A DNA stretch of 64,000 nt, from the NCBI GenBank assembly GCA_964188305.1, contig OZ076893.1, one strand, 5' to 3'. Shown here piece after piece: positions 1-11,589 of this stretch (position 1 is its first letter; every line of letters begins with the position of its first letter). The stretch comes from Podarcis bocagei (Eukaryota). The translations under genes were made by a program, and so were the position numbers. The notes beneath the pieces are model-generated. The model was not told where the DNA came from. It ran no database searches and saw only the letters and a list, made by a program, of their open reading frames with translations.

Positions 1-238
1 TTTTGTGTATAGGTTTGGCCCATGCTATATACGTTAGTACTGGCAAGGATAGACTATTGGATTCTGTTGTACAGAAATGGTGAAAAAATGAAATAATATA
101 TCCTATTCTTGATTTTTGTTTCCTTAATTGCTACCAGACATTGTTTTTAATAGGATTTCCCCCCTACAGCTTGATTATCATGAAATGGAGACAATAAGTT
201 TAGATGTTCATAAATCAGAAGTAGATTAACTACTTTAA

Positions 239-397
<159 letters not shown>

Positions 398-1440
398 ACC
401 TATTTTTACTTCCTAGCTGCCTGAAGGGGCCTACTAACTTGTTTCACCCTCCCCCGCTCAATTTCAACTACGACATGAAATTATTGTAAGATGGCATCAT
501 GTTGCAGAAGACTTTATTCTTCAAATTCTTGTACAACTTTGAATAAATGGTTAATGTTCACTTAAAAGACAGGTTTTGGAGATTGTATTCATATCTATAT
601 TTCCATTTGATTTCTAAGTCAATTGATGTGATTATTTTTTGTTAAATGTTGTCTTGTGCCCTTGACTACGAACTGTATTAAACACTACAAAGTCATCTGA
701 GTATTTTAATCAGTTTGTGTAGTTAGGTTGCCCAACTACAGTGGTTTCCTAATGTTTAATATTGTAGAACTGTCTTCAACTCTTGTCCATTTTCAAGGCT
801 CTAAAGAAAAACAGAAGGACTCTTTTCTGTATTTATCATTTACTTTCTGTATATATAGTTTAATAACTTGCTTGGGTGTATTTGCCAAGCTATAATTCTT
901 TAATGCATTTGCATAAATTCTATACATTTAGAGCTTGGAACTACAGAAGCATTATTAGGAATTTGCTTAGATGCTGAATTTTAAACCTTATTGACATTGT
1001 TAGCATGTTTGTCCTTTTGTCATTATCCTAGAGTCCAAAAAATGCTTTATGTATAGTATTAGAAGCTACATATGCCTATTTTAATGCCAAATGTTTGCTA
1101 TTTGCTCACAACTTCCACAGCACCTCTTCAGAAATGGATTAGCTGTTTGCCTTAATTATGTAGGTTAAACATATTATAATGAATGAAAAATACAGGAAGC
1201 ATTGAAACTCATAAAATGGCACATTATGAAGACTTCATATTTCTTAAAACGTTATTTGCCTCTTCATTTCTAGGTATATTTCCATCAAGGATAGTTTTTC
1301 AACTTAGATGTACAGTGGCTGTGTAAAGTTGATTTGGTTCTTTTTCTTTTTTGGTGACAACTTGTAATCTTAATATGGTAAGCATCTTGTCTATTGTGAA
1401 GGGGGTGTGACAATAAAACTGCCAGATTGAAAATCCTGAT
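398..1440 (+). other. RAB2A: RAB2A 3'UTR
   Basis: AT-rich stretch after the stop codon with no recognisable repeats. AATAAA at 542-547, 1412-1417 and 1539-1544; Pumilio-type TGTATATA at 848-855. Closely resembles my recollection of the mammalian RAB2A 3'UTR, which ends soon after gacAATAAA. Confidence 0.75.
1412..1417 (+). terminator. Probable main RAB2A polyadenylation signal (AATAAA)
   Basis: Canonical hexamer at the end of the conserved-looking UTR block. A proximal AATAAA lies at 542-547. Confidence 0.6.
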
Positions 1441-2344
1441 TAAGGCCAAACTTGGAAATGCTTTAGTGCTGTACTCCACATGATGATTTTTTTCCAATTT
1501 TCCTCATGCTTCTAATGAATTAGTATACATCACTGCAAAATAAACTCCTGTTTAATTATATATTTCAAGTAGAGAATATTAATGACACTCTTTAACTAGA
1601 TGAGAGCATCTTTTCTTGACCCTAATCTGTATTGCTGGGTTTTCCAGGGTAAACTATTTATAGATATGTTCAAATGGAATTACACAATTCTTGCTCTTCC
1701 ATATTTAGGTTCTCTTGGTGGGCATACTTTAGCTGAAGAACGCATTTTGGAGTCCAGTTATTCGTTACAGCTGGATCTCATTCATTCCTCTGAGTTCAGA
1801 GCAGCACTTGAGCTTCACAGCAATCATGAGGTGGATTAATAAGAGAGATGGTGACCAGTCCGTACTTAGCAAGGAGCCAATAACTATTTGTTGACAGGTA
1901 AAACAAAGCTTATCCATTTGGTGCCTGTTGCTGAGAACGTACATTTAAAAATCACCCCCACCCCAAAAAAACGTTATTTAACAAAATGAAGGTTTGTAAT
2001 TTTTTCCAATTTTGAATCTACACATTTAAAGTGTAATTAAGGTCCATTTCTAAGCTAATCTTGTACAAGTGATTTTTCCTTACATAATAATACACCTGCA
2101 CAAGAACTCACAAATGCATTTCTAGATTAATTGCAAGCATGTGTATAGTCTCAAACACAGTGCACACAATCAATTTAGCATTTAGTTATTTTAAGCATTT
2201 TCTTCTCTTCAGCTGAAAAGGCACCCAGGGTGGCTTAAATATGATCTGTTTATTCAAAATATTTGCATACCACCCATCACCCAACAGATTTGGGGCTGGT
2301 GAACAAGGGTAAATAATGAATTGTTTCTATCATTAATACTAAAA

Positions 2345-2720
2345 TAAGCAATATTATCATTATTTATTAAATTTCTGTACTGCCCTTCATCAGATCACAG
2401 GGTGTTTTACAATATAAAGATGCATACCATAGTGACAAACAATAACAGCCCCACACAGTTTTAAAAGCCATAGATTGTTTAATCAAAGGCCTGGGAGAAG
2501 AGGATAAATAAAATGACAGCATGGACAATAATATGAAGCAGAAGCTAAAAACAACGTGGCAGGTTGCGGTACTGCACAAATTAAAATGCCTGGAAAAATA
2601 GAAATGTTTTCACCTGGTGCCAAGAAAAATAGGTACTAGGTTACCTTTTAAACTAGCATATTCCATAACAGGCACCAATGTTGAAAAAACCCTCTTTGTT
2701 ACATAACACACTTAAAGAAA
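2345..2720 (-). mobile_element. Degraded L2-type LINE 3' fragment
   Basis: AT-rich tail followed by 'aaggcctgggagaagagg' and 'aatgttttcacctggtgccaa', typical of reverse-strand squamate L2 3' ends. A similar piece lies near 38760-38800. Boundaries approximate. Confidence 0.45.
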
Positions 2721-3231
2721 AGAAGCTACTTGGAAGACCTTCATTAGAAATTTTCAAAACATGGGTAGGCTTCTATGGAAGAGGCCTCTCTGGTATTTTT
2801 TAAGTTTAGTTCTACCACTTCAAATTGTGGCTAGAAGAGAAAAGCAGCTGGTGCAGTTCATTAAAGGCTAGTTTGATGTAAGCAAACCTAACTTAAAAGC
2901 CTGGACCTCTCCTGACAGTTTATTCACTGGGATGACCAGGTCTGTTTCAGTGCCAAAACCAGGCCTGTGCCCAGATAATTGGTTTCATTGAAAAGTGTCT
3001 TGTGTTGGATAGCCACAACCCTCTCTTACACTTACATCAACCACAAGAGACTGTTTAGACCCTGATTTGTTGCTTTAGAAAGCAGCTTCATTCACTCCAG
3101 AGCACTTCAGAGGCTACCTTTCTGCATCCTCCATTTGCTCATGAGGAAATTTAAAAAATGGCTATAACTCCCCACCACCCTTTGAATTGAATGAAGTGTG
3201 TGGGATAATGAACATGCCAAATTCAGAGAAA

Positions 3232-3313
3232 ATGCTCCAGTGTATAAGATGACTCCAAATTTTTGATGAAAAAACTTCGGAAGAAACATTTTCTTATACA
3301 CAGAAAAATACGG
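3232..3313. mobile_element. One-ended Tc2-like (TcMar) MITE fragment
   Basis: Ends in gaaaaatacgg-TA and shares the 'gtgtataaga...cttatac' motifs with the complete copy at 11023-11172. Confidence 0.6.
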
Positions 3314-3802
3314 TACATATTCTACCTTGCTTGAGCTGGTTCATAGCCTACCTATTGCAGATTTGGTACTAAGCACCTAATAGACTTTTGTACTTCAAAC
3401 TATTGTTTCTCAACAGGTATTGTTAATTCTCCTGTCAAATCAATACATCAGATATATTAGAGGTGTTGCTTTAGCATTATGAAACTTTGTAGGTGCTGAA
3501 AATATGGTTGATGAAAGAACTTGGATATGACAGTACATTTGAGATCTGTCATACACATAGTTGGCCATTGCCACAGTAGGATAGTGATTACAAGCACCAA
3601 GTCAATCTGCTCCATATTACTGAATGGAACTTTAAAAAGCAGTTTATATTTACATAGAAGTGGGCACAGCAGATCAGATGGCCACTAGAAAACTCTGGCT
3701 GAAGCTTTGTAGGAAGAGACCCCAACAGTGAGATACATTTTTCTTAGGTGTAAGTGTATTCCAAAAATTTTCATTTACATACAGTTTGTATGCATTTTAT
3801 GA

Positions 3803-3934
3803 CAGGATTGGAGAATCTGTGGCCTTCCACTGTTGTTTGACTACAACTCCCATCATCCTTGACCATTTGTCATGCTGACTGGCTGATGGAATTAGAATCC
3901 AACAACATGGAGGGCCATAAGTTCCCAGTCCCTG
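3803..3934. mobile_element. Short hairpin hAT-type MITE (ctacaactcccatc family)
   Basis: CAGG...CCTG termini and internal inverted repeat; same family as 41317-41453. Confidence 0.7.
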
Positions 3935-5244
3935 CCTTTAGACTAACTTTAGAGTTCAATGTAATGTACTCTTTCTAAATAACAGCAGAATCTAGTGCAT
4001 GTCTACTCAATAAGTTCCACTAATTTCAGTCAGGTTTACTCCCACGTAAGCAGGTTTAGAGTTGCAGTATAAGCATTTGTAGTTACATATTTTCTCATCT
4101 GTACTTGTTAAAATACCTTTATCTCCTATCTGCCTCAATATGAGACAAGCTATGCAGTTTTCAAACTACAAAATATTAAAACCATACTACAAATATAGGG
4201 GAAGTATGTTTTTTGCAGCAAAAAGAATTATATAACTATTATTACATACACAAAAATATACTTAACTCCACATATTGGTGATTTCTCCCAAGAGGAGGCT
4301 TATATACATATGTTCTTGTACTGCTCCTTTTTCACTGGTCGAGGTGCAGAGTTTCTTTTCTAACTACATCGTAACTTTGTTAATAGTATACCATACTAAT
4401 TTTGTTTTATTGTGCCACTGAAGTCTCAGTCTGTAAATAATCCATGTCGGTACTATGTAAGTAGCTGATGAAATGTCTTTACTAGGTTTGCTGCGCATGA
4501 AAGAAACCACATCATTTGGTAATAAAAACTACTAACAGACTCTAACAAAGCCAAGACCATGACAAAAAGCAGCATGTTATGGATCTATCACTTCTATTCT
4601 TGGGACTGATTTTATTATTTTTGGACCTATTACAAGCCCTGTGTTAAATATTGTGGATGATAAGAGGAAACAGACTCTTGGCAAATGTGGAAAACCAATT
4701 ACAGTATATTACCCTACTCAGGCTACAGTAAAGGAGGATCTGAGCCAGAGGCTTATTCCCTGCTTGCTTTAGCAGCTGAAAAGTTTTTCCTACTGTAGAA
4801 TTGGCTTGAGTTAAAAGACTGTTGCTACGGAAACCTCACTGTAGACAGTGCTGACTAGAGAGGGTGAAATTGACCCACTAAGTAGGGCTGTAGTTCTGTC
4901 AAGGGGTGTGTAATTAAATAAATCACCTTTTCTTATAGATAAGAATGCTCACTTTAGAAACTAAATGTGCCCTTGTATACAACATTCAAGGACCTCAGCC
5001 CTTCCTTACATAGGTGAAAAGACTAATGAAGTTTTACATTAGATTTTTTTTAAAATAATCATAAATGTGTCTTGATTTTTTTTTAAGCACTAAAACATTT
5101 CAAATGTTCTGTTTGGCATGACTGGCCTTGTAAACTTTGGTAGACAACTGCAATATTAGGAAGCTACTCACATACCTTTTTCTCAACTTATCCACAGCCT
5201 CATAAAGCAAATGCTTTAACATTCCTGAAATATGTTTAGAACTA

Positions 5245-5440
5245 TAGTCATACCTCGGGTTAAATATGCTTCAGGTTGAGCGCTTTTGGGTTGCGCACCG
5301 TGGCGACCCAGAAGTAACAGAACGCATTACTTCCAGGTTTCGCTGCTCATGCAGATGGTCAAAATGACGTGGATTGCGTTCGCTTCAGGATGCGAACGGG
5401 GATCTGGAATGGATCCCGTTCGTATCCAGAGATACCACTG
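5245..5440. mobile_element. Tigger/pogo-like Tc1-mariner MITE (family A)
   Basis: TA-(t)agtcatacctcggg ... gataccactg-TA; reverse-orientation relative of 29463-29700. Confidence 0.8.
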
Positions 5441-6254
5441 TAGGGATGAAGAATAACATGGGCTAAGGAGAGTACAGAATACATACACCTCTATTCAAAG
5501 TTTCTTGCCACACTACAAGTTGAGTCCAGATCCCATCAAGTTTGGGTCTTGTAATGTTATCAACGGATGGGCAACTGCTGCTAGCAAACCAGGAAGTAAG
5601 GAAGGCCTTATGTTGAGGCAGCTGCCAGCCAGCTAAGTGAGCAGAATCCAGGTACTTGCAGGTTATAATTTCTGAACTGGGTGCGGTGAATAAGAGGAAG
5701 TTCTTTCTTGATTTTTGTAATAGCTTGGTTTACCCAGTGCAGTTCTAAACTGAGTCAAAGGATGGTTGCCCATTACTACTTACATGTCTACGTCCCTTGT
5801 TTTTGAAATTCTGCTCCTTACTCACACTTCGTGGGCTCTTCATTTGCATTGTGCCTCTGAAATAAAGGATTCTTTATGCAGCCAGTGATAATTACTTGTG
5901 TGCCTGACACCATCACATGTGAGAACTGTGGAGGGACATCAATAGTAGGAGCTATTTGGTACAATTTAGTTTCAAAATAAGGTACCTCCCAACCAATACT
6001 TTTGTTTTAGGAGAACTGCAGAGAGAACCTTAAGCTCTGGCTTTGGTGACCTTCAATGCACATGGATTTTTATAACTATTGAACTAACAGTGCAAATGCC
6101 TCTGTTTGGGCTTCAGTTGTGAGAAAAGATGTGTTAGGCCCAAGCCATTTAAAGGCCATAAATTAGAACAGGCCACAGAACACTAGTGTGAAGTGCTAGG
6201 TAACCCAGGGCACGGGACAACGGCAAATTCCATGATAAGGGTAATTAGGAAAGA

Positions 6255-6406
6255 AACTGAAAATAAAACTGCCAGTATAATAATGCTGTTGTACAAATCG
6301 ATGCTGTGATAGTATTTTGTTTCGAATACTTGCATATTTTCCACAGACATCTGGTAGGATGCTGGACTAGGTGGGCCATTGGCCTGATCCAGTGGACTCT
6401 TTTGTT
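6255..6406 (+). mobile_element. Degraded CR1-type fragments (ORF2 piece plus 3' end)
   Basis: Reads ENKTASIIMLLYKSML (CR1 ORF2-like), followed by 'gctggactaggtgggccattggcctgatccag', a common CR1-type 3' end. Confidence 0.5.
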
Positions 6407-6540
6407 CATAGAATCATAGAATTGTAGAGTTGGAAGGGACCCTGAGGATCATATATGCAGGAATATGCAGCTGTCCCATACAGGGATTGAACCTGAAACC
6501 TTGACATTATCATCACCACGGTCTAACCAGCTAAGCTATC
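6407..6540 (-). mobile_element. tRNA-Ile-like-headed SINE with CR1 (ATTCTATG)n tail
   Basis: Minus strand reads gatagcttagctggttagaccgtggtgatgataatgtcaaggtttcaggttcaatccctgtatggg (A and B boxes, tRNA-Ile-like), then ...cccttccaactctacaattctatgattctatg. Confidence 0.75.
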
Positions 6541-6880
6541 TGAATATTTATTTCCTTCCTGTAGACAGTACCACTCACACACAACCTGCAGTTAACAGCA
6601 ACAGCTGCCATGGGTGCTGCTGACATTACATTTTGCACCCTCCCACCTGTTCTTCCATTTCCAAGTACAAAAGACTCAGCCTAGATCTGAGTTAATTATT
6701 TTTTATTAAGTCATATTTAATGTGCAGCATAAACCAGACAATTGCCCATCAATAATATTCCACATGTACAGTATCCCTAATCTTTGCAGTCTCTTAATTT
6801 AATGCAGAATACTGTAATCTAATTTCACAGTGGCTTCTCATTTCCCCCCTTTTATTCAATGCAAAGGGTCAAGAAACATT

Positions 6881-7225
6881 AGGTAAAGGTAAAGGTACCC
6901 CTGCCCGTACGGGCCAGTCTTGCCAGACTCTAGGGTTGTGCGCTCATCTCACTCTATAGGCCGGGAGCCAGTGCTGTCCGCAGACACTTCCGGGTCACGT
7001 GGCCAGCGTGACAAGCTGCATCTGGCGAGCCAGCGCAGCACACGGAACGCCGTTTAGTGGTCCCTGTTTATCTACTTGCACCCGGAGGTGCTTTCGAACT
7101 GCTAGGTTGGCAGGCGCTGGGACCAAACGACGGGAGCGCACCCCGCTGTGGGGATTCGAACCGCCGACCATGCTATCGGCAAGTCCTAGGTGCTGAGGTT
7201 TTACCCACAGTGCCACCCGCGTCCC
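6881..7225 (-). mobile_element. Near full-length Sauria SINE (Squam1)
   Basis: 5' GGGACGCGGGTGGCACTGTGG on the minus strand, B box ggttcgaatccc, (ACCTTT)n tail at 6881-6897; CpGs retained. Confidence 0.92.
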
Positions 7226-7230
7226 ATTAC

Positions 7231-7559
7231 CATACCCTCAAACATTTCTCTGATGAGAAAAGGGATGTCCCGTTCCATAATGATAATTTTACTATTTATA
7301 CCTCATACTGGGTTGCCCCAGCCACTCTGGGCAGCTTTGAACATATATAAAGACATAATAAAACGTTTTAAAAACCTTCCCTATACAGGATTGCCTTCAG
7401 ACGGCTTGACAGTTGGATAATGCCATACCCTCCAACATTTCTCCAATGAAAATAGTGACATCCTAAGGAAAAGTAGGACATTTCTGAGATCATATCAGAA
7501 AGCCGGACAGCTTCTCTAAATCAGGAACATCCCTGGAAAATAGACACTTGAAGGGTCTG
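7231..7559. mobile_element. Composite non-autonomous DNA-transposon-like element with duplicated left end
   Basis: CATACCCTC...GAAGGGTCTG imperfect inverted termini flanked by CATTAC (7225-7230 and 7560-7565). The left-end 40-mer is repeated at 7424-7463. Confidence 0.55.
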
Positions 7560-7679
7560 CATTACCTTTCCTTTGTGGTACTCCAGACGGTGATGGACTC
7601 CAACTCCCATCATTCGTGACTCTCGGCCTTGTGACTCCGGGTGATGGGACTTGGAGTCCAGCAACATCTTCTGTTTAGT

Positions 7680-9240
7680 CCCGGCCCCGCGCCCCCCGCC
7701 TGCTTTTGGGGCCTGGTGCTTCCAGAGCAACTTACTCGAGAGGAGAAAAGATTGTGCGAGATTAAACTGTGCATAGATCTGACCAATGCCAGGTTTTTTT
7801 GTGTTTCCTAAATCACACTTCTGGCCACGTTGCTAGTTTAGACAAACGTTTCTGCCTGGGCACTCTCTTTCCTCCTTTGCAAAGCGGGAAGAGGGGGGGG
7901 GGGGAACACGAGGCATTTCTCAAAGCTGCAGAGAAAGCGAAGCCTTTGCAGAGTCAAGACTCTGCCGCTGTCCTGAGCCCGGCGGAGTTGCTTTCTGAAT
8001 ACAAACGCGCTTCAGGTTCGCGGCCGAAAATGGCCCGCGGGCGCGCGAGGTACCGAAGCGGGCGCTCTTTTGTGAGCAGCTCGGCGGCGTTTTCTGCGGG
8101 AAGCGCGGAAGGGCTTCCAGCCAGCGCGGCGGCGGTGGCGGTTGCTTCTCCCATTTCCTGTGGGCGCACTGCTGAGGGAACCGCCGGCGAGGCGCGGGGG
8201 ACTCTCCACCGTCCCGCTCCGGGGAGGAGAAGGAGGCAGGCGGAGGGCGGACTTGCAGCGCGTGGGTGGGGTCTCCGTTTCCTCGTGAGGTTTCCTGCCC
8301 GGGTCGCCCGGAAGGGTTGTGGAGGACGGCGGCTTTTGTTGTGTGTGGAGGGCGGGGGGTGGGGAGCGACTCCCTGGCTGAGGCGGCATTTTCTGCTTCC
8401 TGCGTGGGATACTGTTGCGCGGGGGAACTCTGCTGATGGGGGGCGGGGCGCACCACGGTCTCGTTCGCGCGTGGAGAAGAGGAGGAGGGTTGCTCTGTGG
8501 GGTGGCTGGGAAGTGTGTGTGTGGCGGAGGGATGCTCTGAAATAAGGCGACTTCGCCTTTTCCGGCCTCAGGGAACACTCGCTGCCTCTTCTCCCCTGCA
8601 AGCCGCTCTTGCGCCTGCCCTTTTAAATCGGCAGGAGGACCTCTTCGCGAATTTACGGGATTAGCCCGGAGCCACCTGGTGCTTGAGATTTCCCCTCCCC
8701 CCGCTCTCTCTCGCTCTCTTTTCCCCGCCCACTTCTCGAACTGACCCCCCCCCTTCCTTTGGGACCGGGGAACCTGCCCGCGCCTCGCCAACCCAGCTCA
8801 GAGAATATATTTCTCTGAGGGGGGGGGGGAGTATCTTTTCCCATTGGCTCCGGTTCACAGCCAATCGGCGCGGCGGGCGAAAGTGCCGTCAGGGAAAAGG
8901 AAAACCCTGAGACTGTGACGTAAGAAACGGAGTGGAACAAGGGGCGGAGGAAATGGAATCCCGGGAGTAGGAAGGAGGACTCGGCGATAGGTGTGTGCGA
9001 GGGAGGGAGGAGTGGAAACGGGGCGCGCAAGATGACCCCCCCCCCAAACAAGGCTGTTCAGTCTCGAGCCCTGGATATGATCGGTGGCTTCTAAAGAAGA
9101 GTTGGGAAGGAAGCAAAATTCCGGAAAGGGGGTGTGGGGATGTAGGAGCGCACCCCAAACTGGGGGGGGGGATGAGTGCAGCTTGGTGGGAAGATCATTG
9201 TGGGTTGGGGAGGGGCACCTTGGAGAGCGGAAGTTAAGAG
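7680..9240. promoter_or_regulatory. Orphan CpG island with promoter motifs, ~8 kb upstream of CHD7 exon 1
   Basis: Abrupt GC/CpG-rich block in AT-rich flanks with no TE termini. YY1-like AAAATGGC (8027-8034), ETS-like CGGAAG, opposed CCAAT boxes (ATTGG 8843-8847, CCAAT 8861-8865), CRE-like TGACGTAA (8916-8923), GC box GGGGCGGAG (8941-8949). Confidence 0.8.
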
Positions 9241-10653
9241 GTGTTTGTGAAGTAAGGAAAGGAAGAGGTTACTAACCAGAGGAAAATGGGCTTGGCGCCC
9301 TAATGTGGAAGTGGGGAGGATGGTGTTCTTAGTCTGGACCAAAGGGTTTAGGCTGACGAGGATGTGTTTCAGACATAATGGAGCAGGATCCAGCTTGTTC
9401 TTACACATTTTTCTTTTCTTCTCTCTTGCAGGTTATGAAACCCTTTTCCTCTTCTTACCAGTATGCCATTAAGCACATATTTTATTATCTGTCATCAACA
9501 GTCCTTACTAATGTTTCCCCGAAACTCTTCCCGATGAGAACCTGTTTTTCAAGAATAGGCAATTTTATTTAGCTAACTTATTATAACTTTGTCCTCTTCT
9601 TTCCCTGTGCTTTGACCTACTTCATATATTCTAAATGATTACTGTATTTTTTTAAGGAATTGTTTTTGGCATAGTTTCATATTTGTACTGTATATATGCA
9701 GGCAGACTTTGCAAATCTCATGCACAAGATTATTTTGAGCAGTTGCAAAAGCATTTCTTGCAGCAGATTTTGCAATGTGTTTGAGTGATTCACTTTGGAT
9801 CTTTTGAACTTGGTCACATCTTCTCATTTCAGGAAGTTTGCTTGTCACAACACTACTCTAGACCTCAATCCAGTTCCAGCTAACTTCTTCTTTTACTCAA
9901 GTTTACACTTCCTGAGACACACACTATATATATATATCACACACGCACACAGCACAAGTTAACTAATCCACCTGGAAACATCCTGCACTGGAGCATGATG
10001 CCTTTTCAGGTTCTCTCCCTTTCACTTGGTCCCATCCTTGCCACAGTGCCATAGTCCCTTATCCCTTTAGGTTAGTACCTCATAGTCATTTTTGCTGGTA
10101 TAAGATTTTCTTTTTAATTTGTTAAAAATCTGACAAAAATATGCAAGAGAGGAAGATAACGACTCAATTTAAAGCAATTATTCTAAAATTATTCTTAAAA
10201 AATCAAATTGTAGGTTCCCTGGGCTTTCTCTGACATAACTTTCTGTTCATTTAGTAGCTTTTTGAAGTGCTAGTGCAAGCGTATACCATTGGAAATAATG
10301 TGAGAATCATTTTTCTCCATAATGTTCTCTGGGACAATCCTGGGAACAGAATCTTAACTTCTTATTGGATATTTTTTCTTGCTGAATCACCTCAGGAATA
10401 GTTTCTAGTCAGTGTAACCATTCTGCATGTCACAGAATTAATTCTCTATAGAAGCAGAGATTGTTAGCTAAAATAAAGTATCCTAATAAGAATTAGCCTC
10501 CTATTTTGTTTTGCATTCAGTTACTTCTTTGCTGCCATTATTAATGCATAATGATTGTTTCAAATTAATGTGGACAAGTCTTTTATAATTTTACATTAAA
10601 ATAATAGTTGTGATTTTTATGATGAATGATAGCAAAAGCTATGTACTTTTGTA

Positions 10654-10979
10654 CAGTGGTGCCTCGCAAGACGAAAAGAATCCGTTCTGTGATTCTCTTC
10701 GTCTAGTGGTTTTTTCGTCTTGCGAAGCAAGCCCATTGAAGGATTAGCGGATTAGCGCTATTTTAGCGGCTTATCTGCTGATCGGATCAGCTGATAAGCA
10801 GCTAAGCGGCTTAGAAAAAGGGGGGAGGGAAAAAAAACCAGCAGGAACTTGCAAGACATTGTCGTCTTGCGAAGCAAGCCCATAGGAAATTCGTTTTGCG
10901 AAGCACCTCCAAAACGGAAAACTCTTTCGTCTAGCGAGTTTTCCGTCTTGCGAGGCATTCATCTTGCGGGGCACCACTG
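10654..10979. mobile_element. Tigger-like MITE (family C)
   Basis: TA-CAGTGGTGCCTCGCAAGACGAA ... TTCATCTTGCGGGGCACCACTG-TA; repeated internal TCGTCTTGCGA motifs. Confidence 0.9.
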
Positions 10980-11022
10980 TACTTGTTTCTTGCCATGGCA
11001 AAGGCTCTCAGTTATGTATATA

Positions 11023-11172
11023 CCGTATTTTTCTGGGTATAAGACACCCCCTATTTTGGGGGACTCCAAATTAAGAAAACACCCTTCAGCACTACCTGTG
11101 TATAAGACGAGCCCCAATTTTAAACCTAATTTTTTGGTAAGAAAACCTAGTCTTATACATGGGAAAATACGG
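11023..11172. mobile_element. Tc2-like (TcMar) MITE, 150 bp
   Basis: TA-CCGTATTTTTC...GAAAATACGG-TA with subterminal gtataagac/gtcttatac inverted motifs. Confidence 0.85.
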
Positions 11173-11354
11173 TAAATATATTTGTTATAAACACTTAGAA
11201 GAACTTCCTTCCAACAGAAGTCCAGTCTAAGGGCAACGGAATAGAACTGGGCTTAGCATTTCAATCTGTGTACCATGTATCTTCAGATATACACATATAT
11301 AGATGTATGTATGTTAATAAAAGGGAGCCCCTGCTCAGTAAAATAGTAAATATA

Positions 11355-11440
11355 TGAGTTTCCAGAGGGATAGCCATGTCTGCTGCAGCAAAACCAACAA
11401 AGTCTTGTGATATCTTGAATACTAACATGTTTTATTGTGT
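11355..11440. mobile_element. Penelope-like retroelement terminal remnant
   Basis: 'gatagccatgtctgctgcagcaaaaccaacaaagtcttgtgatatcttgaatactaac' resembles the reptilian Penelope terminal motif (recognised from memory). Confidence 0.45.
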
Positions 11441-11589
11441 AAACTTTTATGCATTAAATTTCAAACTGTTTAAAGCTGTGAACATTTTGAAGACTTGATT
11501 TTGCACATGTTTTATCGTGTAAACTTTTATGCATTAAATTTCAAACTGTTTAAAGCTGTGAACATTTTGAAGACTTGATTTTGCACATG
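11425..11589. repeat. 80-bp tandem duplication (2 copies, 1 mismatch)
   Basis: Units start with ACATG at 11425 and 11505, with a third ACATG at 11585. The only difference is tattgt versus tatcgt. Confidence 0.95.

Noticed and set aside
6480-6540. tRNA genes at SINE heads (also ~13750-13820, ~25050-25110, ~48132-48200)
   Set aside because: Degenerate stems fused to SINE bodies or CR1 tails; not functional tRNAs.
7769-8791. Overlapping 178-259 aa ORFs on both strands
   Set aside because: They lie in a CpG island where stops are rare, are R/G/P/A-biased, show no recognisable domain and mostly start at non-ATG codons. The good-context ATG at 8030 gives only MARGRARL* if spliced to 9432.
10654-10979. 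CRISPR-like repeated TCGTCTTGCGA motifs
   Set aside because: Irregularly spaced internal motifs within a TA-flanked MITE in a vertebrate genome.
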